This document shows, piece by piece, positions 20,621-32,438 of a stretch of 64,000 nt of DNA. The notes beneath the pieces were generated by a model that saw nothing but the letters and a program-made list of their open reading frames with translations, was not told the origin of the DNA and did no database searches. Position 1 is the first letter of the stretch; each line of letters begins with the position of its first letter. The translations under genes were made by a program, and so were the position numbers. This stretch comes from Sphingobacteriales bacterium (GTDB lineage Bacteria > Bacteroidota > Bacteroidia > Chitinophagales > JADIYW01): contig JADKIQ010000004.1 of NCBI GenBank assembly GCA_016721245.1, positions 152,442-216,441 of the forward strand. Reading direction: 5' to 3'.

Positions 20621-20720
20621 CCGGTTCCTATTCAGGGATGTAAAAAGTCATAAAAAAGCATGATATTAATCATAGTATTTCTGCTTGCATTCCTTCAACT
20701 TTGTTCTAAATAAATTATCT

Positions 20721-21104
20721 ATGCCACAACAAAAACACTTAGCAGAATTACACCACGATCACAGAGAATGGAAAAATATCTTGTTCTTTTATGAAGAAGA
20801 TATTGTTACTATGAGAAAACGATTAGAAGAAGTAGCTTCCAAAAATACCGACAGAGAAATGCATGGCTTGGTAGAGCGTTTTCAAAATAAACTGATTATT
20901 CAGACAGAACAAATTGATATTTTACGACATGATATTAATGCATGCGAAGATGTTTTGGTGAAGAATGTAGAGCATAATCCGGTGGCGAGTGATAAAAGAA
21001 AAATTGACGATCACACCGAGTTGAGAGAAAGAGTACAAACATTTGAATTATTATTTAACAAACTCAGGAAAGACCTTAATGCATTCGTTGCGAAATGGAT
21101 GTAG
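20721..21104 (+). CDS. hypothetical helical protein
   Basis: Start placed at the ATG (MPQQKHLAELHHDHREW...). No motif recognised. Followed by a strong terminator. Confidence 0.4.
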   Translation: MPQQKHLAELHHDHREWKNILFFYEEDIVTMRKRLEEVASKNTDREMHGLVERFQNKLIIQTEQIDILRHDINACEDVLVKNVEHNPVASDKRKIDDHTELRERVQTFELLFNKLRKDLNAFVAKWM

Positions 21105-21125
21105 TTATTAGCATAGCTTTTTTAG

Positions 21126-21149
21126 AACGGCAGCAATGCCGTTTTTTTT
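21126..21149 (+). terminator. rho-independent terminator
   Basis: AACGGCA-GCAA-TGCCGTT followed by T8. Confidence 0.75.
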
Positions 21150-21200
21150 ATTTTATAAATTGAAGCTACATTGTGTATTTTTGTGTGAATACCTAAAAAT

Positions 21201-21917
21201 ATGCCGATTAAAAGTGTACTGATACCTATACCTGACAAGGATTTTGATACCACAGAAGTCGCCATTACCTGGAAAATCCTGAAAGCAAAGGGAAATAAAA
21301 TTGTATTTGCTACAGAGAACGGTGTGGTAGGTGCAACGGATCCCTTACTGCTCACAGGTGTTATTTTCGGACAGTTGGGTGCAAAAAAAGACGCTATTGA
21401 AGCATATCATTTACTATTGCAGTCCGATGAATTTCAACATCCAATAAAATATAATGAAATTCATCCTGCGGAGTTTGATTTATTGTTCTTACCCGGCGGA
21501 CATGCAAAAGGCATGCGTCAGTATCTGGAAAGCAAAACACTGCAGCAAAAAGTAGTGGAGTTTTTTAAACTCAATAAACTGGTTGGTTCGGTTTGCCATG
21601 GCCCTTTGGTATTGGCGAGAAGTATTGATCCGGCAACAGGAAAGAGTGTCATCTATGATTATAAAATTACCGCATTAACCAAGTCGCTGGAAAAACTGGC
21701 GTATTATCTGACGAAATGGAAACTGGGCGACTATTACAGAACCTATCCTGCATATGTGCAGGATGAAATTGGAAACTATCTGCATGACAAAAATAATTTT
21801 GAAACAGGCGTATCCAGTTTCATTCCGTTTTTAGTAGAAGACAGAAACCTGATTACTGCCCGATGGCCAAACGATGTAGAAAAACTGGCAAATAAACTGG
21901 CAGAGAAATTAAAGTAA
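21201..21917 (+). CDS. DJ-1/PfpI (class I glutamine amidotransferase-like) family protein
   Basis: Nucleophile elbow GSVCHGP; LPGGHA. Confidence 0.8.
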   Translation: MPIKSVLIPIPDKDFDTTEVAITWKILKAKGNKIVFATENGVVGATDPLLLTGVIFGQLGAKKDAIEAYHLLLQSDEFQHPIKYNEIHPAEFDLLFLPGGHAKGMRQYLESKTLQQKVVEFFKLNKLVGSVCHGPLVLARSIDPATGKSVIYDYKITALTKSLEKLAYYLTKWKLGDYYRTYPAYVQDEIGNYLHDKNNFETGVSSFIPFLVEDRNLITARWPNDVEKLANKLAEKLK

Positions 21918-22379
21918 TTACTGGAAGTTATCCAGCTTTATATTAAATATCAATACCGTATTTCCCGGGATTGTTCCGCTGCCCGTTGTTCCATAACCTA
22001 ATGCAGAAGGGATAAATAATTTTATTTCGCCGCCTTTTTTGATTAGAGGAATACCTTCTTTCCAGCCTTGTATTACGTTGACTAACGAAATAGGGATGAA
22101 CGTTCCTGCTTCGCTCTGATCGAATGTAACACCGGTGGTGTAAGAACCTCTGTAATACACCCAAACGGTGGAAGTGGCAGTTGGACTTGCTCCAACACCA
22201 GAGTCTGTGATTGCATAAAATAATCCGGATGCAGTGGAATCAGCGTTAGTAATTCCATTATCACGAATATATTGACGAATGATTTCGCGGTCTACTTTTG
22301 CCTGATCAACTTCTGTTTTTTTACAAGCAAAAAATGCGATAGGAAGTAAGAGTACGAATAAGCTTTTTATTTTGTTCAT
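21918..22379 (-). CDS. FKBP-type peptidyl-prolyl isomerase lipoprotein
   Basis: Lipobox ...AFFAC. YRGSYTTGVTFDQS and GWKEGIPLIKKGGEIKLFIPSALGYG. Confidence 0.85.
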   Translation of the reverse strand: MNKIKSLFVLLLPIAFFACKKTEVDQAKVDREIIRQYIRDNGITNADSTASGLFYAITDSGVGASPTATSTVWVYYRGSYTTGVTFDQSEAGTFIPISLVNVIQGWKEGIPLIKKGGEIKLFIPSALGYGTTGSGTIPGNTVLIFNIKLDNFQ

Positions 22380-22400
22380 TATTTTGTTTTTATATTGTAA

Positions 22401-24026
22401 TTAAACCTGTAATACACCCACATTAAATTTTTCTACCGGTGCATTGTTAGCAGCTTCTATTCCTGTTGAAATCCATTTTCTGGTATCCAGCGGGTCAATC
22501 ACGGCATCTACCCATAAGCGTGCCGCTGCATAATAAGAGGTGGTTGTTTTGTAATAATGGTCTCTTATTTTTTTTAATGTTTGTTGTTTTTCTTCGTCAG
22601 AAAGCTGCGGACCATCTTTGGATTCTAAAGCACCCATTTGCATCTGCAAAATGGTATTTGCCGCCTGATCTGCACCCATTACAGCTATCTTGGCTGTTGG
22701 CCATGCAACAATTAATCGCGGGTCATATGCTTTGCCGCACATGGCATAGTTTCCTGCCCCGTATGAATTGCCGGTAATCACCGTAAACTTAGGAACGGTA
22801 GAGTTTGCCACGGCATTCACCAGTTTCGCGCCATCTTTAATAATGCCGCCTTGTTCGCTTCTGGAACCCACCATAAAACCGGTAACATCCTGCATAAAAA
22901 TCAATGGTATTTTCTTTTGATTGCACAGCATAACAAAACGTGCTGCTTTATCTGCTGAATCTGAATAGATTACACCGCCAATCTGAACTTCTCCTTTCTG
23001 GCTTTTCACCACCGAGCGCTGATTGGCAACAATTCCTACACTCCATCCATCCACACGTGCATAAGCACAAACTATGGTTTGTCCGTAATCTTCTTTATAT
23101 TCTGTCAGTTCGGAGTCATCTACCATTCTTTTCAGCACATCTCTGATATCATAAGGTTTTGTGGTAGAAAATATACCGTAAATTTCCTTTTCAGCTGCTT
23201 TGGGCTTTTTGGGTTTAATCCTGTCGAAACCGGCATTCTCAAATTTACCGTATTTATTAATCAGTTTTTTGATGGTATCCAGACATTCCTTGTCATCTTT
23301 CACTTTGTAATCGCAAACACCACTAATGGCGGTTTGTGTTACCGCGCCACCCAGTGTTTCTTTATCTACACTTTCTCCGATAGCAGATTTTACCAGATAA
23401 GGACCGGCTAAGAAGATACTGCCGGAGCCTTCAACAATCAGACTTTCGTCACTCATAATAGGCAAGTAGGCGCCGCCGGCCACACAGCTGCCCATAATAG
23501 CGGCTATTTGCGGTATGCCCATAGAGGACATTTTTGCATTATTTCTGAAAATTCTGCCAAAGTTTTCTTTGTCCGGGAAAATTTCATCCTGCATCGGAAG
23601 GTAAGCACCGGCACTATCCACCAGATAAATGACAGGTAATCGGTTCTCCATGGCAATTTCCTGAGCACGCAGATTCTTTTTGCCGGTGATAGGGAACCAG
23701 GCACCAGCTTTTACGGTGGCATCATTCGCCAAAATCAGGCACTGTCTGCCGGAAACATAACCAATCACCGCCACCACACCGCCGCCCGGGCAGCCACCTT
23801 GTTCGTGATACATATCATCACCCGTAAGTGCACCTATTTCTATGGATTCAGTGTTTTTATCTAAAAGATATTCAATACGTTCTCTGGCAGTCAGTTTTCC
23901 TTTTTTGTGTTCGGAATCAATTTTCTTTTGTCCGCCGCCCAAATATACTTTTTGCAATTTCGCTTTCAGTTCGTCTACCGCCAGTCGCATGGCGTCTTCG
24001 TTCTTATTAAAATCCATATCTGTCAT
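22401..24026 (-). CDS. acyl-CoA carboxylase carboxyltransferase (beta) subunit, methylcrotonyl/propionyl-CoA type
   Basis: Two crotonase-like halves; KLTARERIEYLLD. Start moved to the ATG at 24026 (MTDMDFNKNED) because the listed 24179 start overlaps the SRP RNA gene and its promoter. Confidence 0.88.
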   Translation of the reverse strand: MTDMDFNKNEDAMRLAVDELKAKLQKVYLGGGQKKIDSEHKKGKLTARERIEYLLDKNTESIEIGALTGDDMYHEQGGCPGGGVVAVIGYVSGRQCLILANDATVKAGAWFPITGKKNLRAQEIAMENRLPVIYLVDSAGAYLPMQDEIFPDKENFGRIFRNNAKMSSMGIPQIAAIMGSCVAGGAYLPIMSDESLIVEGSGSIFLAGPYLVKSAIGESVDKETLGGAVTQTAISGVCDYKVKDDKECLDTIKKLINKYGKFENAGFDRIKPKKPKAAEKEIYGIFSTTKPYDIRDVLKRMVDDSELTEYKEDYGQTIVCAYARVDGWSVGIVANQRSVVKSQKGEVQIGGVIYSDSADKAARFVMLCNQKKIPLIFMQDVTGFMVGSRSEQGGIIKDGAKLVNAVANSTVPKFTVITGNSYGAGNYAMCGKAYDPRLIVAWPTAKIAVMGADQAANTILQMQMGALESKDGPQLSDEEKQQTLKKIRDHYYKTTTSYYAAARLWVDAVIDPLDTRKWISTGIEAANNAPVEKFNVGVLQV

Positions 24027-24135
24027 GGTATAAAAGTAAGAAGGAAAAAGTGAAATGCCAAAAGAGTTCAATTCCGTAAATTGATTTGTGTATTTATTTA
24101 ACCTTATTTTTAATTTGGAATCCTGAATAAAGATG

Positions 24136-24143
24136 TATCTTTG
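24136..24143 (+). promoter_or_regulatory. -7 promoter box (TATCTTTG) of the SRP RNA gene
   Basis: Perfect TAnnTTTG with a TTG about 18 nt upstream. Ends ~6 nt before the RNA 5' helix. Confidence 0.65.
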
Positions 24144-24148
24144 CAGTC

Positions 24149-24243
24149 GGGCAAGTCTTATACGACCAGCTCCTGACAAATCCTCCAGGGTCGGAAGGCA
24201 GCAAAGGTAGTCGGTTGAGCGGTGCGCTGTAAGTAACTTGCCT
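24149..24243 (+). ncRNA. ffs: signal recognition particle RNA (small/4.5S type)
   Basis: CCAGGGUCGGAAGGCAGCAAAGGUAG matches the conserved domain IV (GGAA tetraloop, AGCA, AAGG-AG). The terminal helix GGCAAGT (24150-24156) pairs with ACTTGCC (24236-24242), followed by T7. Confidence 0.85.
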
Positions 24244-24274
24244 TTTTTTATTACACTTCACAAACAGCATATAA

Positions 24275-24309
24275 AACAGCTCCGAATATTCGGAGCTGTT
24301 TATTTTTTT
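24275..24309. terminator. strong hairpin terminator
   Basis: AACAGCTCCG-AATATT-CGGAGCTGTT followed by TATTTTTTT. Confidence 0.7.
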
Positions 24310-24416
24310 GGTCTTCAAGCCTTATTTTAATATGATTTTGGATATAAATTTCAGTTCAAAAAATCATTAAATCCAAAGTGCTTTTGGCTTTTACTTTTGC
24401 CTTACTAGTTTATTAG

Positions 24417-26078
<1,662 letters not shown>

Positions 26079-26198
26079 AACACAGATTTAGCAGATTATT
26101 ATGATTTCTCAGATGACAGAATGATTGTATATGTGCAATCGTACTATTCTGTTTAATCTGTGTTATCCCTGTTCCAATTTTTTTGCTACTTTTAATTC

Positions 26199-27494
26199 AT
26201 GAAGCAGCAGCAGAATTACGTTTTCAAAAACTGGGCAAAAAATGTACAGAGTCAGGTTGCCAACTATTTTCAGCCGGAAACAGAAGAGGAGATTATCTCC
26301 GTTGTAAAAAATCACCAAAAAATACGAATGGTGGGCACCGGGCATTCATGGTCGGGGATATGTGCCACTAATGAAGCGCTGCTTAATTTAGATTACTACA
26401 ACAAGATTACCCACATTGATAAAGAGCGAAAGTTAGTGACTGTACAAGCCGGTATTAAACTCTGGCAATTAAATAATTTACTGGACAAAGAAGGTCTGGC
26501 TTTACTGAACCTAGGTTCTATTGATCAGCAATCTATCGCCGGTGCTATTTCCACAGGTACACATGGTTCGGGCATTCAGTTTCAGATTCTGGGTTCGCAA
26601 ATGCGAGAGTTTAGTTTGATAAAAGCAGATGGTTCAAAACTAATTATCAATAAAGAAAAAGACACAGATTTATTTAATGCATCTGTGGTGAATTTAGGCT
26701 GCCTCGGCGTGATTTCAGAAATTACCTTGCAGGTAACGGATGCATTTACCCTGCATGATTATACAACCACCCTTCCTTTTGATGAGGTGGTTGAACATCT
26801 CGATGATTATTTAAAAGACAATGACCACTTTAAATTATGGTGGCTGCCGCCTTGCAAAGATATTATCGTATTCCGCTATAAACGCACACATGAAAAACCT
26901 AATGACAGTAAAATCCGTGTTTTCCTGAAAGATTATTTATTGTCGGTAGTGTTTTATCGCTTTTTAGTTTTTATCGCAAAACTGTTCCCGTTCATTGCAA
27001 AGTCCTTGAATACTATGCTAACCTGGAATATGAAAGGTCCCTTGGATAGAATTGAAAAGAGTTATAAAGTGTATATCGTTCCGGAGCCTCCTTTGCACCC
27101 CGAAACGGAATGGACATTTGATATTAGTCGTGCTAAGGAAATTTTAAGAGCCTATAAAAAGTTCATTACGGAGAATAAATATAATCTGAATTTTATTCAG
27201 GAAATACGATTTACCAAAGGTGATGATTTCTGGCTGAGTGGCTGTTATAAACGCGATGCATTATGGCTGGGTTTGTATAATTATGCGCATGAAAAATGGG
27301 ATAAAGTATTGCCCGAATATGAAGCATTTGCCAAACAATATAACGGCAGGCCACATTGGGGGAAAGAGTTTACGATGGATAAAAATTACCTGCATCATCA
27401 GTATGAAAAAATAGCAGATTTTAAAAAACTGAAAGAAGAATTTGACCCCGGAAAGAAATTTGAAAATAAGTTTATAGAAGATTTACTGGGCTGA
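26199..27494 (+). CDS. FAD-linked aldonolactone oxidase/dehydrogenase (D-arabinono-1,4-lactone oxidase family)
   Basis: FAD_binding_4-like MVGTGHSWS. C-terminal ALO-type GRPHWGKEF. Confidence 0.75.
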   Translation: MKQQQNYVFKNWAKNVQSQVANYFQPETEEEIISVVKNHQKIRMVGTGHSWSGICATNEALLNLDYYNKITHIDKERKLVTVQAGIKLWQLNNLLDKEGLALLNLGSIDQQSIAGAISTGTHGSGIQFQILGSQMREFSLIKADGSKLIINKEKDTDLFNASVVNLGCLGVISEITLQVTDAFTLHDYTTTLPFDEVVEHLDDYLKDNDHFKLWWLPPCKDIIVFRYKRTHEKPNDSKIRVFLKDYLLSVVFYRFLVFIAKLFPFIAKSLNTMLTWNMKGPLDRIEKSYKVYIVPEPPLHPETEWTFDISRAKEILRAYKKFITENKYNLNFIQEIRFTKGDDFWLSGCYKRDALWLGLYNYAHEKWDKVLPEYEAFAKQYNGRPHWGKEFTMDKNYLHHQYEKIADFKKLKEEFDPGKKFENKFIEDLLG

Positions 27495-27549
27495 TTTTTA
27501 TCCGTATATTTATTGAAATTCACTTTATAAATTAGCATACAAAACAATC

Positions 27550-28521
27550 ATGATACAGCCTAAACAAGTTTCCTTATTTGCCAATAACACCCATATTCCA
27601 TTTGGTGTGTATGACGATTTAATTACGAATGTAGATACCTCATTTTGGGATAGTCAGGGATTATTAACTAAGAAAAGAAGAACGGAACGAAAGGCCTGGA
27701 TATTTTTTGGTGTTTTTAGTCCTGATTTAATCTGCGGTATAGCGATTGTGGATGCAGGAATGGTGGCTACGGCTTTTTCCTATTTCTATTCATTAAAAGA
27801 CGGCATTTTTGAAGAAGATAAAACTACAGTTCCGTTAGGATTTGGCAATGATTTTAATCCTGATTTGAACAGCGAATGGAAATTGGGAAATTATTCCATC
27901 AAAACGGAGAATGGAAAAATGTTGCTGCAGTATTCCGGTAAATATAAAATGTATATCGAAGCAGAAAACAACAGCAACGGCGCAAGTATCGTTGCACCTT
28001 CCAAAGATAAAAGACCTTTTAATTTCACCTATAAGAACTGTTGTGTACCTGTAAAAGTGCAAATCAATAACGGCGGTGTCAATACTTATGCCAGCAGCGG
28101 AAAATACGGTTCCATCGATTTTACCAAAGGTTATCCGCCGCGCGAAACCATCTGGAACTGGTTGTCGTTTATAGGAAATACGGAGTCAGGAAAAATTATT
28201 GCAGTAAATCTGGTGGACAGGTTTAATGCAAATATGGAAAATATTTTGTGGGTGGATGGTAAGAAAATATTATTATCCAATGCAAAATTCACCATGCAGG
28301 AGCCTTATGATAAAACGGACTGGCTGATTGAATCTGCTGATGGAGTTTTAAACTGCCATCTTTCGCCAAGAGGAGCGCGTCGAGAAAATATCAACGCACT
28401 CATCATGAAAAGTAAATTTATTCAGCCGTTCGGAACCCTTGACGGGACAGTAGTTATTGACGGGAAAGAAGAAAAATTTACAGCATTAGGCGTGTCAGAA
28501 GATCACCACGCAGTGTGGTAG
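27550..28521 (+). CDS. conserved hypothetical protein (possibly DUF2804)
   Basis: 323 aa, soluble and beta-rich. The family assignment is from memory only. Confidence 0.35.
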   Translation: MIQPKQVSLFANNTHIPFGVYDDLITNVDTSFWDSQGLLTKKRRTERKAWIFFGVFSPDLICGIAIVDAGMVATAFSYFYSLKDGIFEEDKTTVPLGFGNDFNPDLNSEWKLGNYSIKTENGKMLLQYSGKYKMYIEAENNSNGASIVAPSKDKRPFNFTYKNCCVPVKVQINNGGVNTYASSGKYGSIDFTKGYPPRETIWNWLSFIGNTESGKIIAVNLVDRFNANMENILWVDGKKILLSNAKFTMQEPYDKTDWLIESADGVLNCHLSPRGARRENINALIMKSKFIQPFGTLDGTVVIDGKEEKFTALGVSEDHHAVW

Positions 28522-29307
28522 CTATTTTATCTCTATTAGAGTACTGTTAATGAATATGTCATCATCATTATAGAGTTCTACTGTGTATTTACCTTTTTTA
28601 TAAAAATAAACAGGAACAAAAGTCCAAGACCAGTTTTCATCTACATAATACGAGTTGGAACGTATAAATTCATGACAAGTGTCATTTGTATATATTCGTG
28701 AAATCAGATGGGTGGTTTTTAAAGGGCGTTTGTCTTTTTGACCAATATATAAAATAACTCTGGTGCCATCTTGTTTATAAGAAAATACGTCATTTCTGCC
28801 AACCATCGTATCTCCTTTATTATTTTCATAAAAGCCAGTTTCTGACTGATTGTAATACCATGTATCCACAAATTTCATTTCATTGTATTCGTTTACATTA
28901 AAATCAATATTTGTTATATAGGGTTGTGCCAGCTGATTATTATTTCTGTCAAATACGGTAATTTTATATTTTCCGCTTTTAGAAAATATATACTTATTTA
29001 CTGCCCATTTTTTAGAAATATCAGGCACCAGATAATAATGATCGAATTCGTAAAAGTTCGTATCTGTTCTGTTAAATACCTTGTCAATTATTACCAGCAA
29101 GGTGTCATTTAGTGGAGTAGCTGATTCATAAAAAAGATACATAAAATTGCCATCTTTTTGAATGTTCCATTCATTGTAAGCACCTGAGTATTTGCCATCT
29201 TTGTCATATCCTGTACAAAGAAGTAGTTTATTTTGAGCAAAAGAACTCTGTATACAAAATGAAAGAGCAACTGTAAATGCAAAATAATAAGACAATTTTT
29301 TATTCAT
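28522..29307 (-). CDS. secreted hypothetical protein, paralogue 1 of a tandem pair
   Basis: Signal peptide. Shares KKWAxxxYxFxxSGxYxIxV and a C-terminal GKYxVxxYNxxDxFINSxxxEIK with the next gene. Confidence 0.6.
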   Translation of the reverse strand: MNKKLSYYFAFTVALSFCIQSSFAQNKLLLCTGYDKDGKYSGAYNEWNIQKDGNFMYLFYESATPLNDTLLVIIDKVFNRTDTNFYEFDHYYLVPDISKKWAVNKYIFSKSGKYKITVFDRNNNQLAQPYITNIDFNVNEYNEMKFVDTWYYNQSETGFYENNKGDTMVGRNDVFSYKQDGTRVILYIGQKDKRPLKTTHLISRIYTNDTCHEFIRSNSYYVDENWSWTFVPVYFYKKGKYTVELYNDDDIFINSTLIEIK

Positions 29308-29377
29308 TGAAATTACCGATTATACCTAAATATAGACTTTGTTTTCTAAATAATAATTCGGTAATTCTTATAGCGGT

Positions 29378-30178
29378 TTATTTCTTTATCTCAAAATAGC
29401 CGGAGTTTATAAATGTATCATTCTCGTTGTAAATATCTACCACATATTTACCCACTTTTGTAACATTAACCGGCACTTTAACCCAGTCCCAATCAAGTCC
29501 GCCAATAGTATATTTTTCTTCTGATACTTTTTCTGTATAGTTATCACCATAGTAAACACTTACTACGATCTCTTTGCATTTTAGTGCTTTGTCTTGCTGA
29601 AGCAGGCATATAATTTCTCTTTTACCGCTTTTTAATTTAAATTCAGATGCTTCGCCGATCATTTCGGCTTTGTCATTCACACTTTCACCAAAAGTAATTT
29701 TAGAGTCTTCGTAATAGTAAGTATCCGTTTCACCATCTTTTGCTTCAGTTTTACTATCACCACTTTCTTTCATGTATCCAATGTTGGTATAGGTAAGTGC
29801 CAGGGCATCATCACCTTTTCCCATTACGGAAATTCTGTAATCACCGGATTCCGTAAATTTATAGTCAAACATCGCCCATTTTTTTCTGTCTATTTTCGGA
29901 TCATATGTAAATTCCTGCGTATCAAATGCGATATAGCTGCCATTGTCGTTCTTTTTGTCTACATATAGCATCAGTTTGTCTTTAATAATGGCATCCTGAG
30001 AATAGATTATGTATACGTAGCTGCCTTTCTCTTTTTCGATATCCCAGTTTTTGTTTATCCCGGTTGGTGTGCCGTCTGTTTTGCTATAATCTTCACACAT
30101 AACCACTTTTCCATTTTGTGCGATAGCAGCAAAAGAGAATGAAAAAAATGTAAATAATAATAAAGTTAAGTTCTTCAT
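29378..30178 (-). CDS. secreted hypothetical protein, paralogue 2 of a tandem pair
   Basis: Start moved to the ATG at 30178 (MKNLTLLLFTFFSFSFAAIAQ signal peptide). The listed extension would overlap the kdsC promoter and start. Confidence 0.6.
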   Translation of the reverse strand: MKNLTLLLFTFFSFSFAAIAQNGKVVMCEDYSKTDGTPTGINKNWDIEKEKGSYVYIIYSQDAIIKDKLMLYVDKKNDNGSYIAFDTQEFTYDPKIDRKKWAMFDYKFTESGDYRISVMGKGDDALALTYTNIGYMKESGDSKTEAKDGETDTYYYEDSKITFGESVNDKAEMIGEASEFKLKSGKREIICLLQQDKALKCKEIVVSVYYGDNYTEKVSEEKYTIGGLDWDWVKVPVNVTKVGKYVVDIYNENDTFINSGYFEIKK

Positions 30179-30274
30179 AAGATTTTGTTTTTCAATTATA
30201 CTCAAATTTAATACCAAAATCAATACGAAAAATACCCAATACGTGGTATTGTTGGTCAATATGCATACTAAATG

Positions 30275-30282
30275 TATATTTG
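30275..30282 (+). promoter_or_regulatory. -7 promoter box (TATATTTG) of kdsC
   Basis: Perfect TAnnTTTG ending 4 nt before the ATG at 30287. Confidence 0.5.
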
Positions 30283-30286
30283 CGCC

Positions 30287-30799
30287 ATGGAAAAACAGCA
30301 TTTTCTGAAAAATTTAAGCAGTATCACCACTTTTGTTTTTGATGTGGATGGCGTTTTTACCAATAATCAGCTGCTGGCAACAGAGACAGGAGATTTACAG
30401 AGAACATTTAATGCTAAAGATGGATTCGCTTTAAAAACAGCTATAGAAAAAGGATATACCATTTGCATTATAACGGGTGGAACTTCTAAAGCCGTACATA
30501 AACGCTTTGAAGTATTAGGTGTCAAACATAATTATTTCCGTGTCAGTCATAAGCTAAGTGTGCTGAATGAATTTTTGTCGATAGAAAATATTTCACCCGA
30601 AAAGGTGTTATATATTGGAGATGATATTCCCGATTATGAAGCAATGCAAACCTGTGGATTAAAATGTTGTCCCAATGATGCCGTACCTGAAATACAATCC
30701 ATTGCAGATTACATATGCGCACAAAAAGGCGGTGATGCCTGCGTAAGAGAAGTGATAGAGTTGGTTTTGAAAGTGCAGGACAATTGGTTTAAATTTTAA
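30287..30799 (+). CDS. kdsC: 3-deoxy-D-manno-octulosonate 8-phosphate phosphatase (HAD)
   Basis: HAD motif I FDVDGVFT; GDDIPD. ~170 aa from MEKQHF. Confidence 0.85.
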   Translation: MEKQHFLKNLSSITTFVFDVDGVFTNNQLLATETGDLQRTFNAKDGFALKTAIEKGYTICIITGGTSKAVHKRFEVLGVKHNYFRVSHKLSVLNEFLSIENISPEKVLYIGDDIPDYEAMQTCGLKCCPNDAVPEIQSIADYICAQKGGDACVREVIELVLKVQDNWFKF

Positions 30800-30834
30800 A
30801 TGAATCAGAATATAAATTACAAATTACTATATCC

Positions 30835-31815
30835 ATGAATTATATAAAACTAACGCGACCGGTCAATCTTTTTATTATTGCAGCTACAATGTACCTGTTC
30901 CGTAATTGTCTGGTCGCCGCATCGCCATATAAATTATTTTACGTCAGCCATGTTTTAAATAATCTCGAATTTCTGTTGTTAGTGCTCGCAACCTTGTTTA
31001 TTGCAGCCGGAGGCTATGTGGTGAATGATATTTTTGATGTAGATATTGATAGGTTGAACAGACCGCAAAAGGTAATTATCGGTAAAACTGTAGATGAAAC
31101 AGCTGCCTATAATTTCTATAAAATGCTTTGCTTGCTGGGCGTGGTTTGTACACTGGTATTGGCGTTTCTGACAAAAAATTTCCGATTGTCTACTTTGCCA
31201 GTCATCGTTATGGTGATTTTGAATTTCTACGCACACACCTTTAAAAAGCAATTAATCGTAGGAAATTTTATGATTGCCCTGTGTACCAGTTTTACTATAC
31301 TTTTAATTGCCTTGTTTGAGAGCAGTGAAACAGGTGAAATAACGGCGAATGAGTCCTATATAAGAAGTGGAATTGCCATTGCTGCGATTGTATATGGTTT
31401 ATTTGCATTTTTTACTACTTTTTTAAGAGAGATAATAAAAGACATTGAGGATATGGAAGGAGATGGACAATTTGGTAGCAGAACCATTCCTATTGTTTTT
31501 GGAATGAAGGGAGCTAAAATAACAGCCTATGTGCTATGTTTCTTGCTGTTGTTACTTTTAGTGTCGTTTATGTGGTTTTTTCCGACAGTTAAATTAAAAA
31601 TAGTTTCTGTTTTTATCGGAATTGGACTGGTTTTACCTTTACTGGCCATTATTTTTTTCATTATTAGAGCAAAATCTTCCGCTAACTTTCATTTTGTTAG
31701 CAATTTAATAAAGGTTTTTATGTGTCTTGGTATAGCAACGATGTTGTACTTTAGGAGTGGAATTGGACCCTATCTGTTTGTTCAGTATGTCAATTTCATA
31801 AATAAGCTATTCTAA
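30835..31815 (+). CDS. UbiA-superfamily prenyltransferase, (di)geranylgeranylglyceryl-phosphate synthase-like
   Basis: Asp-rich motifs VNDIFDVDIDRLNRPQK and KDIEDMEGD. About 8-9 TM helices. Confidence 0.8.
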   Translation: MNYIKLTRPVNLFIIAATMYLFRNCLVAASPYKLFYVSHVLNNLEFLLLVLATLFIAAGGYVVNDIFDVDIDRLNRPQKVIIGKTVDETAAYNFYKMLCLLGVVCTLVLAFLTKNFRLSTLPVIVMVILNFYAHTFKKQLIVGNFMIALCTSFTILLIALFESSETGEITANESYIRSGIAIAAIVYGLFAFFTTFLREIIKDIEDMEGDGQFGSRTIPIVFGMKGAKITAYVLCFLLLLLLVSFMWFFPTVKLKIVSVFIGIGLVLPLLAIIFFIIRAKSSANFHFVSNLIKVFMCLGIATMLYFRSGIGPYLFVQYVNFINKLF

Positions 31816-31819
31816 AGTA

Positions 31820-32386
31820 ATGCAAAAACCAACCAAAATTATCTTAGGTTCTCAGTCTCCGAGGCGGTTAGAAATTTTATCAGATGCAGGATTTGATATA
31901 GAAGTGGTGAAACCCAAAGTGGCAGAAAGTTTCCCGTATGACATGGATTATTACAAAGTACCGGAATACCTTTCCAAACTGAAAATGTTTGATGTATATT
32001 CCTATTTAGGTGAAGATGAACATTTTATAGTTTGCGCGGATACGGTGGTGATTTTTGAAAAAAAACTGATCGGGAAGCCAAAAAATGCTGAACAGGCGTT
32101 TAAAATTTTAAAAGCCATGAATGGCAAAGCGCACGATGTGGTAACCGGAGTAAGTATCCGTAAAAAATTAAAACAGATTTCCTTTTCAGAGCATGCAAAA
32201 GTTTTTTTTAAAGAATTATCAGACGATGAAATCAAAGGCTATATTTCCGAGTTTCAGCCGTTTGACAAAGCTGGTTCTTACAACGTACAGGAATATATTG
32301 GTGTAGAGAAAGTGATTGGTGAATTTTTTAACGTTATGGGTTTGCCCTTGAAACGTTTACAGCAGGAAATTAAAGGCTGGAAGTAA
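31820..32386 (+). CDS. maf: Maf-family nucleoside triphosphate pyrophosphatase
   Basis: ILGSQSPRRLEIL; 188 aa. Confidence 0.9.
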   Translation: MQKPTKIILGSQSPRRLEILSDAGFDIEVVKPKVAESFPYDMDYYKVPEYLSKLKMFDVYSYLGEDEHFIVCADTVVIFEKKLIGKPKNAEQAFKILKAMNGKAHDVVTGVSIRKKLKQISFSEHAKVFFKELSDDEIKGYISEFQPFDKAGSYNVQEYIGVEKVIGEFFNVMGLPLKRLQQEIKGWK

Positions 32387-32438
32387 ATTATTTCCTAATT
32401 AAAATTCTTGTCGTCATTGCGAGGCACCGAGTAATCTT